From positions 96,001 to 160,000 of the forward strand of contig CBDVDR010000003.1 in the NCBI GenBank assembly GCA_965372795.1: a DNA stretch of 64,000 nt, in the 5' to 3' direction. The notes under the pieces were generated by a model, which ran no database searches, was not told the origin of the DNA, and worked only from the letters and a program-made list of their open reading frames with translations. This DNA is from an uncultured bacterium. Its GTDB lineage: Bacteria; Zixibacteria; MSB-5A5; GN15; FEB-12. How positions within the stretch are numbered: the first letter of the stretch is position 1; each line of letters starts with the position of its first letter. This document shows positions 9,136-18,535 of the stretch, piece by piece. The position numbers and the translations under genes were made by a program.

Positions 9136-10113
9136 GTGGTAGTGGCAAAATTTTTCAAATATTTTAGTCTATTCGTACTCTTTTTGGGTCTAGCAGTAGT
9201 AGCTCAAGCTGATTTTCATTTGTTTATGCCTGATGGTCAGCCGCAAAATTTCCCTGTTAAAGTTTTTGTAACTTACGATATAACCGATAGTATGAATCCT
9301 AATTTGAGCCTGTTGAATAAAGAGTCTGTTGGAGGTTCATTAACAAAATCAAAATTATACTCGCCCATACATATTATTAGAAATCAAACTTGGCTTGAAG
9401 AAATAGAGGGCACTCAATCTTCCTTCAAGGGTACACTGTTGCTTTTTGATTTAGCTGACAACAAACTTAGATTTTACGAAACACTAAGTCGAGTCGTTCC
9501 GTTATTGATCTGGTATGAAGAAAAAGATGGAGCTTTAGAAGAGAAGAAACTGATTTCATTAAACGAGGTTTATATCGGGAATAGAAATTCCTCAATTTTC
9601 TATACGATTGTACTTTTTCTGCTTCTAAATGGCATCATATTAATTTTATGTAAAAAGGCAAAAAAATCACCTTCAGAATTTTTAAAAGATAATAATAACA
9701 GGTTTTCATTATCCAGAGTTCAGATTGCTGCCTGGACATTTGCCATCGCCTTTATTGTTACAGTTTTTGGGCTTATGAATTTATCGATTGATTCTATTCC
9801 GGAAACATTAATTGTATTGATGGGGCTTTCTTTTGTTACCGGTGGTGTTAGCGCCCATATCTCTGATGATAACGATAAATCGGCAGTCTCTTTAGGACTA
9901 TCAGATATCCTTTGTGTTTATAAAGATGGAGAAAACCGGCTTGATATTCCTCGTGCCCAGATGTTTATCTGGACCGGTGTTGTGCTGGCATTGTTTTTTA
10001 CCAAAAGTCTATATGATGGAATTTTATGGGAAGTTCCATGGCAAATGGTAGCTTTGATGGGAATAAGTCAAGCAGCTTATCTTAATCCAAAATTCAAAGG
10101 GAAAAATAAATAA
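9136..10113 (+). CDS. Membrane protein of unknown function
   Basis: Signal peptide, soluble domain, then TM helices with an internal repeat (SLSRVQIAAWT..LMGLS / DIPRAQMFIWT..LMGIS). Confidence 0.7.
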   Translation: MVVAKFFKYFSLFVLFLGLAVVAQADFHLFMPDGQPQNFPVKVFVTYDITDSMNPNLSLLNKESVGGSLTKSKLYSPIHIIRNQTWLEEIEGTQSSFKGTLLLFDLADNKLRFYETLSRVVPLLIWYEEKDGALEEKKLISLNEVYIGNRNSSIFYTIVLFLLLNGIILILCKKAKKSPSEFLKDNNNRFSLSRVQIAAWTFAIAFIVTVFGLMNLSIDSIPETLIVLMGLSFVTGGVSAHISDDNDKSAVSLGLSDILCVYKDGENRLDIPRAQMFIWTGVVLALFFTKSLYDGILWEVPWQMVALMGISQAAYLNPKFKGKNK

Positions 10114-10245
10114 CTGTTAATTGAGAAAAACAAATAAAGTGAAAATTTAAGTTTATTGAAAAAATAGTTTAGAAATTGTTTCATCTGTTTGATGCAACAA
10201 GAATACTAAATCCTTTATGTTTTGTAGGAGCATTATTCAATAAGG

Positions 10246-10272
10246 GTAGGTCAAAACCGATGTGATTTTGAC
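10246..10272 (+). repeat. Degenerate GTAG-type REP-like palindrome
   Basis: gtag-gtcaaaaccgatgtgattttgac; 19/27 identical to 43102-43128. Confidence 0.4.
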
Positions 10273-10579
10273 AACATGACAATACCTCTCTTTTTGAGAG
10301 GTTGACACGGGTCAAGCTGACCAATATAACATAAGAATCCTTTAGTTATAAGCAATTATGTTATATAGAGCATCTGGTTAAGCAGGTCTTCCTGACCTGC
10401 CTTTGTTGAAATTAAATTTACAAACCACACGACTTCGATATATGATAGTAAAAGTCTGACTAATTAGTTTTTTTTAAACTTGTTTAGCTGATTTGACAAC
10501 TCTATTTTAATCCAACAAAAATTGTTATTTAACATTCTTATTAACATCATGAAAGAAAACATCTATTTAGGAGGTTACT

Positions 10580-11140
10580 ATGACTTCTTTGTTTGATTTA
10601 TGGATTCCAATAATTGTGTCAAGTGTGTTTGTCTTTGTGGTAAGTTCAATTATTCATATGTTTGTGAATTATCACAAGACAGATTATGGGAAGATTCCCA
10701 AAGAAGATGAAGCAATGAATGCTCTTCGTAATGCAGAAATCCCGCCGGGTGACTATGTTATACCGTTTGCCGGAACGACTAAAGAAATGGGGTCAGAAGA
10801 ATATATTGAAAAATGCAATAAGGGTCCGGTTGTATTTATGACAGTTTTGAAAAACGGTCCGCCATCGATGGGTGGAAGTTTGGTGATGTGGTTTATATCC
10901 TCTGTTATAATCAGTATTTTTGCCGCATATATTGGAAGCAGAGCGCTTGGGGTTAATCCATATTATTTGGATGTCTTTCGTTTTGTTGGATGTTCTGCTT
11001 TTATGGGGTATTCATTAGGACATTTACAGTATTCAATTTGGTATAAAAAATCATGGTGTGCGACAGTTAAAAATATGTTAGATGGCTTAATTTATGCCTT
11101 GGTAACTGCTGGAACATTTGGATGGCTGTGGCCAAAATGA
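10580..11140 (+). CDS. Hypothetical membrane protein (about 4 TM)
   Basis: RBS aggagg; hydrophobic helices; followed by a terminator. Confidence 0.75.
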   Translation: MTSLFDLWIPIIVSSVFVFVVSSIIHMFVNYHKTDYGKIPKEDEAMNALRNAEIPPGDYVIPFAGTTKEMGSEEYIEKCNKGPVVFMTVLKNGPPSMGGSLVMWFISSVIISIFAAYIGSRALGVNPYYLDVFRFVGCSAFMGYSLGHLQYSIWYKKSWCATVKNMLDGLIYALVTAGTFGWLWPK

Positions 11141-11146
11141 AATAGG

Positions 11147-11174
11147 AAGGCAGGAGAAATTTCTCCTGCCTTTT
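11147..11174 (+). terminator. Intrinsic terminator
   Basis: aaggcaggagaaatttctcctgcctttt. Confidence 0.8.
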
Positions 11175-11521
11175 CTTAAAAATTCATAAAGTGTAATGAT
11201 AATAAAATAACTGTATTATTAGAATCAATTGATTGGACAAGTAATCAGTTGTAAGTTCAGAAAAGACACATACAGGGGTATCGATGCCAACTTATAATGA
11301 CAGAAAAATATATTTATTTATAGTTTAGTCCTACTTATTTAAAGAATGATTATACATGTAATTGTAGAATAAATAATTATTCAAATTATTTATTAAAATT
11401 CAAGCATATTACAATTTCAACAAGTTATGTTGTGACAATTCTGACTTTCTCCTTGTGAGAGTAATCAAATATGTCTATTTTTCTAATTCAAAATTAATAA
11501 TGGGTTTTTACTGGAGGAATC

Positions 11522-13015
11522 ATGAAATTTGTAAAATGGTCATTACTGCTAATCTTCGTACTATTGGCAATCACTTGTACCAAACAAGTCGATCAAGCCG
11601 AGTTCACCGTTGATAAATTTAAAGAACAATATAGAGCTATTGAAGATGAAGTTCTTGTAATAAACCTTTGCAAAGATTTCATGGAATACTCTGATGATAT
11701 TGACGCTGTTCGTGAGGCACAAAGTACCTGGCGTGAAATGGATGAAGAAGGTGTTAAGGAATTCACAACAAAACTAAGTGATGCTAATAAGAGCTCAGCT
11801 AAATATTTGTATTTGAAGGGTCGTGTTACCGAATCGCCGGTAGAACAGATCAAAATCGGACGTGAAGTTATAACCCTTGATCCAAATTGGGCGTATGGAT
11901 ACCGACTTACTCTGGCAACTTACAGTCAGAAACTATTTAACGGTGAGAGTGATAATGAGTTCTATAATGAGCTTGAAGGGATGCTTGCTGCTGATGCCGG
12001 TTTATTTACAAAAGTAATCGAAGTAGATTCTACCCAGACATATACTTTTCAATTTTTGGCAGACTACCAAATTTTTACAAAAGATTTTAACGGATTAATT
12101 GAAACTCTCAATAAAGGCAAAGCGCTGGAACAAAGTTGGCCAAGCGGTTTTGATTATGGTATCGCCTATGCTGGCTTGGGTGAATTTGATGGCGCAAAAA
12201 AAGCTGTTGAAGAAGAAGTTGATAAAAAAATCGCTGAAGGGTGGCCAAAAGAAAATCGTGAGGCATATATTGCCCGTTATTATTCGAATGCTTTAAGTAC
12301 TGTTGGAGCATTTGATGAAGCAATTAAATTCAAGAAAAGCAAACAGGGCTATGCTAAAGACATGGGTGCTTTGTATGATCTCGCTTGTACCTACTCATTA
12401 AAGGGCGATGCTGACCAAGCCTTTTCATTTTTGAATAAAGCTGTTAAGAACGGATGGGATCAGGTAAGACATACAAATACGGATACAGATCTTAAATCTC
12501 TTCATGATGACAGTCGCTGGACAGGCTTTGTTTCCAAAGTGGAAGCAAATTGGGATAGTGGCAAAGATAATAGAAAAATTGAAGCTCTTAGTGATAAAGT
12601 ATCTGAAGATGCACCCAAGTGGGCGCTTGAAGATGTTAACGGACAGATTATTAATATTGATGATTTAAAAGGCAATGTCATAGTTTTGGATTTCTGGGCA
12701 ACCTGGTGCGGACCTTGTCGTATGGCAATGCCGGAGATTGATGCTTTTGTTAAAGAAGATGCTAAAGAAAATGTAAAAGTGTTTTCAATCAATGTTTGGG
12801 AAAAGGGAAAATCAAAGCCGGCAAAATTTATGACTGAAAATAATTACAATATGATTTTGTTATATGGCAGTAATGATCTTGCCAAAGAATATGGCATCAG
12901 CGGAATTCCATTTTTATGTGTCATTGATAAAGAAGGTAAGATTAGATACAGACATACCGGTTACAGTGATGGATTACGGGAAAACCTTAACTGGTGGACT
13001 GACGACCTGCTTTAA
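11522..13015 (+). CDS. Lipoprotein, TPR-like repeats + TlpA-family thioredoxin (redoxin) domain
   Basis: Lipobox-like AITC; YDLACTYSL TPR; DFWATWCGPC active site; YGISGIPFL. Confidence 0.85.
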   Translation: MKFVKWSLLLIFVLLAITCTKQVDQAEFTVDKFKEQYRAIEDEVLVINLCKDFMEYSDDIDAVREAQSTWREMDEEGVKEFTTKLSDANKSSAKYLYLKGRVTESPVEQIKIGREVITLDPNWAYGYRLTLATYSQKLFNGESDNEFYNELEGMLAADAGLFTKVIEVDSTQTYTFQFLADYQIFTKDFNGLIETLNKGKALEQSWPSGFDYGIAYAGLGEFDGAKKAVEEEVDKKIAEGWPKENREAYIARYYSNALSTVGAFDEAIKFKKSKQGYAKDMGALYDLACTYSLKGDADQAFSFLNKAVKNGWDQVRHTNTDTDLKSLHDDSRWTGFVSKVEANWDSGKDNRKIEALSDKVSEDAPKWALEDVNGQIINIDDLKGNVIVLDFWATWCGPCRMAMPEIDAFVKEDAKENVKVFSINVWEKGKSKPAKFMTENNYNMILLYGSNDLAKEYGISGIPFLCVIDKEGKIRYRHTGYSDGLRENLNWWTDDLL

Positions 13016-13031
13016 GAATTATTTATTCTGG

Positions 13032-13065
13032 AAAAGGCGGGGGTTGCTACTCCCGCCTTTTTTTA
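13032..13065 (+). terminator. Intrinsic terminator
   Basis: aaaaggcggggg...tcccgccttttttt. Confidence 0.75.
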
Positions 13066-13095
13066 GGGTAAGGAAATATTCAATAAAGGTGTAAT

Positions 13096-13620
13096 ATGCA
13101 AAACGATATGATTTGGTTTGACAGGAAATTCAGTTTTGATTTACCTCTTGAGATGTATCCGATGATTTTAGAGCGATTAAAAGGGACACCCGCGAGGATT
13201 GAAGAAAAAGTATCAACGTTATCCTTTGAACTTCTATCTAACCGCTATGCAGACAAATGGTCAGTACAGGAACATGTTGGGCATCTGTTTGATTTGGAAT
13301 CTTTATGGATAGGGAGGGTGGAAGACTTCTTGAGCAAGGCAGAATACTTGCGTCCGGCTGATTTTAAAAATAAAAAGACTCATGAAGCCAACCATAATAG
13401 AACCCAGCTTGTAGAATTGTTATCAAAGTTTCGGGCTGAACGAGGAAATTTAATCAAAGGGCTTGAAAAATTTACAGGCAAAGGAGCGGGGATAACTTCA
13501 CTCCATCCTCGGCTTGATCAGCCAATGAGGGTTATCGACATGGCATATTTTATAGCCGAACATGACGACCACCACTTATCAAAAATGACAGATCTTATTA
13601 GGGTAGGTTTTATCTCTTAA
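13096..13620 (+). CDS. DinB family protein
   Basis: KWSVQEHVGHL and HDDHHL metal-binding His motifs. Confidence 0.85.
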   Translation: MQNDMIWFDRKFSFDLPLEMYPMILERLKGTPARIEEKVSTLSFELLSNRYADKWSVQEHVGHLFDLESLWIGRVEDFLSKAEYLRPADFKNKKTHEANHNRTQLVELLSKFRAERGNLIKGLEKFTGKGAGITSLHPRLDQPMRVIDMAYFIAEHDDHHLSKMTDLIRVGFIS

Positions 13621-13740
13621 AAAAATATTATTATTCAGACTTGGATGTATCTTTCTTAAATATATATAATATGGAATAAATTGACAATATTATAGAATAT
13701 TGTATATTATTTGTATCTCATATCAGAATACGAGGAAAAA

Positions 13741-15717
13741 ATGAAGAAGATATTGATAATATTTGTCATTTTTATTTTAATAAGTCCTGCAGTCATTAGC
13801 GATGTCATTCCGACTCCATATTTTGCAACATTTTACGGGCAAATTTACATAGGAACTATTAATGCAGAAGTAGGAACAGTGGTTGATGCCTATGATCCGG
13901 ATGGCGTGCATTGCGGTTCCTTTACTGTTGAAACAGTTGGACAGTTTGGAATGATGGCTGTATACGGTGATGATCTCTACTCCACTGTATTTATTGATGA
14001 AGGAGCAATTGATGGGGATGTTATAACATTCTTCATTAACGGTAGAGAGGCTAGTCTCTTGTCTGGAAATCCAATCTGGTATGATCAAGCTCTTAATAAT
14101 ATACATCTTGCTGTGCTGGCTCCTGCTCCGATAGTTAATTATACTACTCCTCTTGCAAATTCGATCTCAGTAGCATCTGACGCTCAGGTTTCTATCACAT
14201 TTGAAGAGGCGATTGACAGCGCATCTTTTAATAGTTCTACCTTTTTAGTAAGGTCCGAACAACTTGGATATCTTGACGGTACCTTTGGATTCTCAGTTGA
14301 TAATCGTACTGTATTTTTTAACCCACTTGATAATTTTATTCCCGGTGATTTGATCAATGTAATTATCACAGATGAAGTGACAGCTTATATGGGCGATAAT
14401 CTTGCAAATGGATATTCGTGGACATTCACTGTCGCAACTGATGCAGGTTATGGAACGTTTACTGATAAACAGAATATGAATGTTGGCAATTATCCTCGAG
14501 CAGTGAAGATTGCTGATTTTAATGGAGATGGTAATCCTGATCCTGTTGTGATGAATAGTGATTCAAATAATTTATCGGTATTCTTTAATGATGGTAATAA
14601 AAATTATTCAAAAGTTAATTTTGATTATAATTCCGGTGGAATTTATGGTATTGATTTTGTAGTCCTTGATATTGAAAATGATGGTGATATCGATATGGTC
14701 GTAGGGAATGAAACTTCAGAATATTGGTCATTTCTAACTTTGCTTATAAATGATGGTACCGGTAATTTTACTTTGGAATATCACAATGGGCTGGGCATGT
14801 CTCCTGCTGCAATGGAAGTTGCTGATTTTAACAACGATGGTTTTTTCGATTTAGCTATTTGTAACAACTCTACTTTTTCAATTCTATTTAATAATCAAAT
14901 TGGCGGTTTTCAAGATGTAATAAATTATACTTCTGGTCAGTATGCTCGCTCGATTACAACAGGTGATTATGATAATGACGGAGATATTGATATAGCAATT
15001 GGAAGAGTATCATTTAACATCATTGATGTTTATCGTAACAATGGTGATGGAACTTTTGGAGATGTCGAGAACTATGACTCATATTTTAGTTCTCTTGGTA
15101 TTCATTCTGCAGACTTTAACAATGATCAATATCTAGATCTGGTGAGTGCGATTGAAACCGGTGAGTACATGGGATATGTTGCGAGTTTATTAAATCTAGC
15201 AGGTGAGTCTTTTTTAATAGATGAAATTTTGTATATGAACTGGGGTGCATCTTTCTCAGTTATTTCTGGAGATTGGGATAATGATGGTGATTTGGATCTT
15301 GCTGCAACAACAGATGAAAATAAAATTGGTATTATTCCAAATGATGGTTTGGGTAATTTTGGCGATATTCAATTTATTGACGTTGGGCAATATCCTCGTG
15401 ATTTAGCAAGAGCAGATTTGGATAAGGATGGTGATCTAGATATAGTTTGCGTTAACAACGGTTCAAACTCCATAACAATTTTATATAATGATCCAAATAT
15501 TTCGTGTTGTGAATTTCGAGGTGATTTAAATAATGATTTTGAGATAGGGATAGCTGACTTAACATTCTTTGTTGATTATATGTTTATAAACGGAGATTCG
15601 CCAGATTGTCTTGATGAAGCTAATACTGATGGAGAGAGTGAAATTGATATCTCAGATTTGATGCATCTTGTTAATTATTTATTCCAGAATGGTCCTTCGC
15701 CATTACCATGTGATTAA
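13741..15717 (+). CDS. Secreted Ig-like + FG-GAP repeat protein with dockerin-like C-terminus
   Basis: ATG at 13741 after gagg; Big_5-like segment; repeated ADFNGDG/GDYDNDGDID motifs; CC..RGDLNND..ADLTFFVDYMF. Confidence 0.85.
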   Translation: MKKILIIFVIFILISPAVISDVIPTPYFATFYGQIYIGTINAEVGTVVDAYDPDGVHCGSFTVETVGQFGMMAVYGDDLYSTVFIDEGAIDGDVITFFINGREASLLSGNPIWYDQALNNIHLAVLAPAPIVNYTTPLANSISVASDAQVSITFEEAIDSASFNSSTFLVRSEQLGYLDGTFGFSVDNRTVFFNPLDNFIPGDLINVIITDEVTAYMGDNLANGYSWTFTVATDAGYGTFTDKQNMNVGNYPRAVKIADFNGDGNPDPVVMNSDSNNLSVFFNDGNKNYSKVNFDYNSGGIYGIDFVVLDIENDGDIDMVVGNETSEYWSFLTLLINDGTGNFTLEYHNGLGMSPAAMEVADFNNDGFFDLAICNNSTFSILFNNQIGGFQDVINYTSGQYARSITTGDYDNDGDIDIAIGRVSFNIIDVYRNNGDGTFGDVENYDSYFSSLGIHSADFNNDQYLDLVSAIETGEYMGYVASLLNLAGESFLIDEILYMNWGASFSVISGDWDNDGDLDLAATTDENKIGIIPNDGLGNFGDIQFIDVGQYPRDLARADLDKDGDLDIVCVNNGSNSITILYNDPNISCCEFRGDLNNDFEIGIADLTFFVDYMFINGDSPDCLDEANTDGESEIDISDLMHLVNYLFQNGPSPLPCD

Positions 15718-17222
15718 AATGATTCCAAAATCTTATTAGCCTGATTACGAATAAAGGCATAATTCAAATTATTATTACCGTTAAATGAAGCTGCCATCTG
15801 GTAATATTTCATAGAATTATCTTCATCGCCAAGCCCTTTATAAGCTTCAGCTATGCGGAAAAAGTTATATGGGTTTTGTTCGTTAGTTTGAAGTAATTCA
15901 TTGATAGCCTTTTTGTAGTCTTTTTCAGCCAATGCAATCAAACCATATAATAGATGAGCCTGCTTCAATTGAATCGCATTCTCAAAAATAGTTGCCCGTG
16001 ACTTAAATTTAGCAACTCTTGTTTTTGCCCGATCAAGTTTCCCATGAGCAATAAATATTTGGGCGCTGTTGAATAGATGGGTTTGTTTTGAAACATCTTT
16101 AACAGCTTTTGAAAGTGATGAGTTTTGTACTAAATTTAAAGAGATATCAAATCTATCTTGTGCTTTTTGATAAAATCCGAATTCACGAAAAATATTTCCG
16201 ACAAATATTAAATCATTTGCCATTGAAGCAGTATCATTAATGCTCATAGCAATATCAAATTGTCTTTTTAATATTGCCAATGCCTTTTTATATTTTCCTT
16301 CATCAATATAAGCTATTGCAGTTGCGGCTAAGGCTGCTCGACGCTGGCCGTCATCGGTGGAGGCATCAAACATTTCCTGAAGTTCATTATGGGCTGATTC
16401 ATAGTCACCCATAAGAATAAAATTTGTGGCAACCCCGGTATATGATATTACAAAATTATTATTTACTTCAATCGCTTTACGGTAATTTTCAATAGATTCT
16501 TCGAATTTTCCAACTTTCATTAATAACTCAGCATAGGAGTCATAAGGGTTGGGGTCGTCCGGTATCAATGTAATATATTTTTCAAAAGCAAATTCAGCCT
16601 CATCATAATTGCCCAGAAAACGATATGAGTATCCAAGCTGATTATACGGTTGTGAAAATTCGGGATTGATGTTGACGGCGATATTGTATTCGGCAATAGC
16701 TTTATTATAATTCTGTTGACCGAAATAAAAATTTCCTAATAAATTATGAGCCCGTTCATCTTTTGGATACATTTGTATTAGTTTTTGCAAATGTTCCTTT
16801 TGTTTTGCTATATCACGGCTTATAGCTCCGGCTTCAAAGCTAAGAATAATTTGTTGTTCACCCTCAGAAACGTTCTCTAATAAATTAAGAGCCTGATTGA
16901 AGCTTGAGAAGAAACTCTTTATAGAAGGTTGAGCAAAAGCTAAATTAAGATGAGCCAGTGCAAACTCGGGATCTGCTTCCAAAGCTTTTAAAAAATATTC
17001 TTTTGATTCTTGAAATCGCAATTTATCCGCTAAATCTCGGCCAATAATAAAATGTTGTCGAGCAGCTTCTGATGAAGTCGTAATAGGTATTTTAAGTTCA
17101 GGCTGTTGTGAACAACTTATGAGACTTGAAAATATTATCAGCACTAAAAAACTTAATGACCATTTAATTGATAGATTACTTTGCAAAAGAACTCCCTTAT
17201 TACATTTATATTTTATCGACAA
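15714..17222 (-). CDS. TPR repeat lipoprotein
   Basis: Lipobox LISC; many TPRs (AHNLLGNFYF, PYNQLGYSY, PYDSYAELL); start codon uncertain. Confidence 0.8.
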   Translation of the reverse strand: MSIKYKCNKGVLLQSNLSIKWSLSFLVLIIFSSLISCSQQPELKIPITTSSEAARQHFIIGRDLADKLRFQESKEYFLKALEADPEFALAHLNLAFAQPSIKSFFSSFNQALNLLENVSEGEQQIILSFEAGAISRDIAKQKEHLQKLIQMYPKDERAHNLLGNFYFGQQNYNKAIAEYNIAVNINPEFSQPYNQLGYSYRFLGNYDEAEFAFEKYITLIPDDPNPYDSYAELLMKVGKFEESIENYRKAIEVNNNFVISYTGVATNFILMGDYESAHNELQEMFDASTDDGQRRAALAATAIAYIDEGKYKKALAILKRQFDIAMSINDTASMANDLIFVGNIFREFGFYQKAQDRFDISLNLVQNSSLSKAVKDVSKQTHLFNSAQIFIAHGKLDRAKTRVAKFKSRATIFENAIQLKQAHLLYGLIALAEKDYKKAINELLQTNEQNPYNFFRIAEAYKGLGDEDNSMKYYQMAASFNGNNNLNYAFIRNQANKILESF

Positions 17223-17337
17223 TCAGCTAAATAATATAACTGCTAAACATGAGATCAAGTTTCAAATTATTATTATATAAATAGATGAAATTACACTATT
17301 TAATGATCGGATTAGAAAAAATCTGTAAAAATTGTAA

Positions 17338-18396
17338 TTACATGAATTTTTTAAAGAATTTTAAGATCCCCTGATCCCAGCCAACTCTATGAGTAATACC
17401 GGCTTTTTGAGTCAATAATTCATCTTTGTGTTCGAGATACCACTTATGTGACGTGACTAGGGCATCCTGATTTGAAAAATTTGATTTCCAACCAAGTTTG
17501 TCTTCAATCTTTTGAGTAGAAACATAAGAATCTTTATCAGCCGTTCCATAAACCCATTTATATAAAGGTGATATTTTCATAAATTCAAAAACTGCAAGGG
17601 CTCCCTTTACAAGTGGAGCCGGGGTAGGAAGAACTTTTGAGCCGTTCCCGGCAAAATCACACAATGCTCCGACATCGAGTTTAACTTTGTCGTAATGTTG
17701 AGCGCCAACATTAAAGGTATCATTGGCAACCTCCGGAGGACAGGAAGCCGCCAGTGATATGGCATCAATTAAATCAGTTACTTCCAAAAGCTGATACAAG
17801 TTTTCACCTTTTCCGATAATTGGAATTCGTTTTCCTGAATCTACCCAATCATAAAGGATTTGAAAAACTCCCAAACGAGCAGTTCCAATAAATGTTTTAG
17901 GGCGAATAATAGGAACACACATGCCCAATTCACGATATTCATGACAGATATCTTCACCCTTGATTTTACTTGTGCCGTAATGACCAACACCGATTACCGG
18001 GTCATCTTCAACCAGAGGATGTTTATCCGGAACACCGTATACAGCCGTCGAACTGATAAAAACAACCCGTTCGACATTGCATTTTTTGGCTTGCTCAAGC
18101 GTATTTCGAACGCCGTCAATATTTGTTGTATAAATTTCTTCCTTGGGCCAGAGTGGCAGTGCTGCCGCACAGTGAATGATAATATCAATTTTGTTATCTT
18201 TGATAAGGCGGTACATGCCATCCTCATCACGAACATCCTGATTCACCAGAAGCATATCATCGTTATATTCATTTTCAAAAAATGGTGCAATATCATTTAA
18301 AGCCAGAAAATCAACTCCGAATCGAGGAAGATTTTGTGCCAGATGTAATCCTAAGAAACCGGCTCCACCGGTGATCAATACGCGTTTGCCTTGCAT
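17338..18396 (-). CDS. NAD-dependent epimerase/dehydratase (extended SDR)
   Basis: TGGAGFLG, ISSTAVYG, YGTSK. Confidence 0.9.
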   Translation of the reverse strand: MQGKRVLITGGAGFLGLHLAQNLPRFGVDFLALNDIAPFFENEYNDDMLLVNQDVRDEDGMYRLIKDNKIDIIIHCAAALPLWPKEEIYTTNIDGVRNTLEQAKKCNVERVVFISSTAVYGVPDKHPLVEDDPVIGVGHYGTSKIKGEDICHEYRELGMCVPIIRPKTFIGTARLGVFQILYDWVDSGKRIPIIGKGENLYQLLEVTDLIDAISLAASCPPEVANDTFNVGAQHYDKVKLDVGALCDFAGNGSKVLPTPAPLVKGALAVFEFMKISPLYKWVYGTADKDSYVSTQKIEDKLGWKSNFSNQDALVTSHKWYLEHKDELLTQKAGITHRVGWDQGILKFFKKFM

Positions 18397-18485
18397 TTCT
18401 GAATGCTCCTTATAATAGTATTAGCTCGGAATATACGCGAAAATCGGAAATACACAAGAACTGACTTTTTGGTTATAAAAATAAC

Positions 18486-18517
18486 AAAAAAAAACGGCAG
18501 GAATAAATCCTGCCGTT
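18486..18517 (-). terminator. Intrinsic terminator of the M14 peptidase gene
   Basis: aacggcagga-ataaa-tcctgccgtt with an upstream A-run (U-tail on minus strand). Confidence 0.75.
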
Positions 18518-18535
18518 AAAATAATAAAGATTATA

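Noticed and set aside
14500..15450. Periodic GAT/AAT/GGT-rich DNA pattern
   Set aside because: Explained by FG-GAP protein repeats (DxNxDG), not a nucleic-acid-level array.
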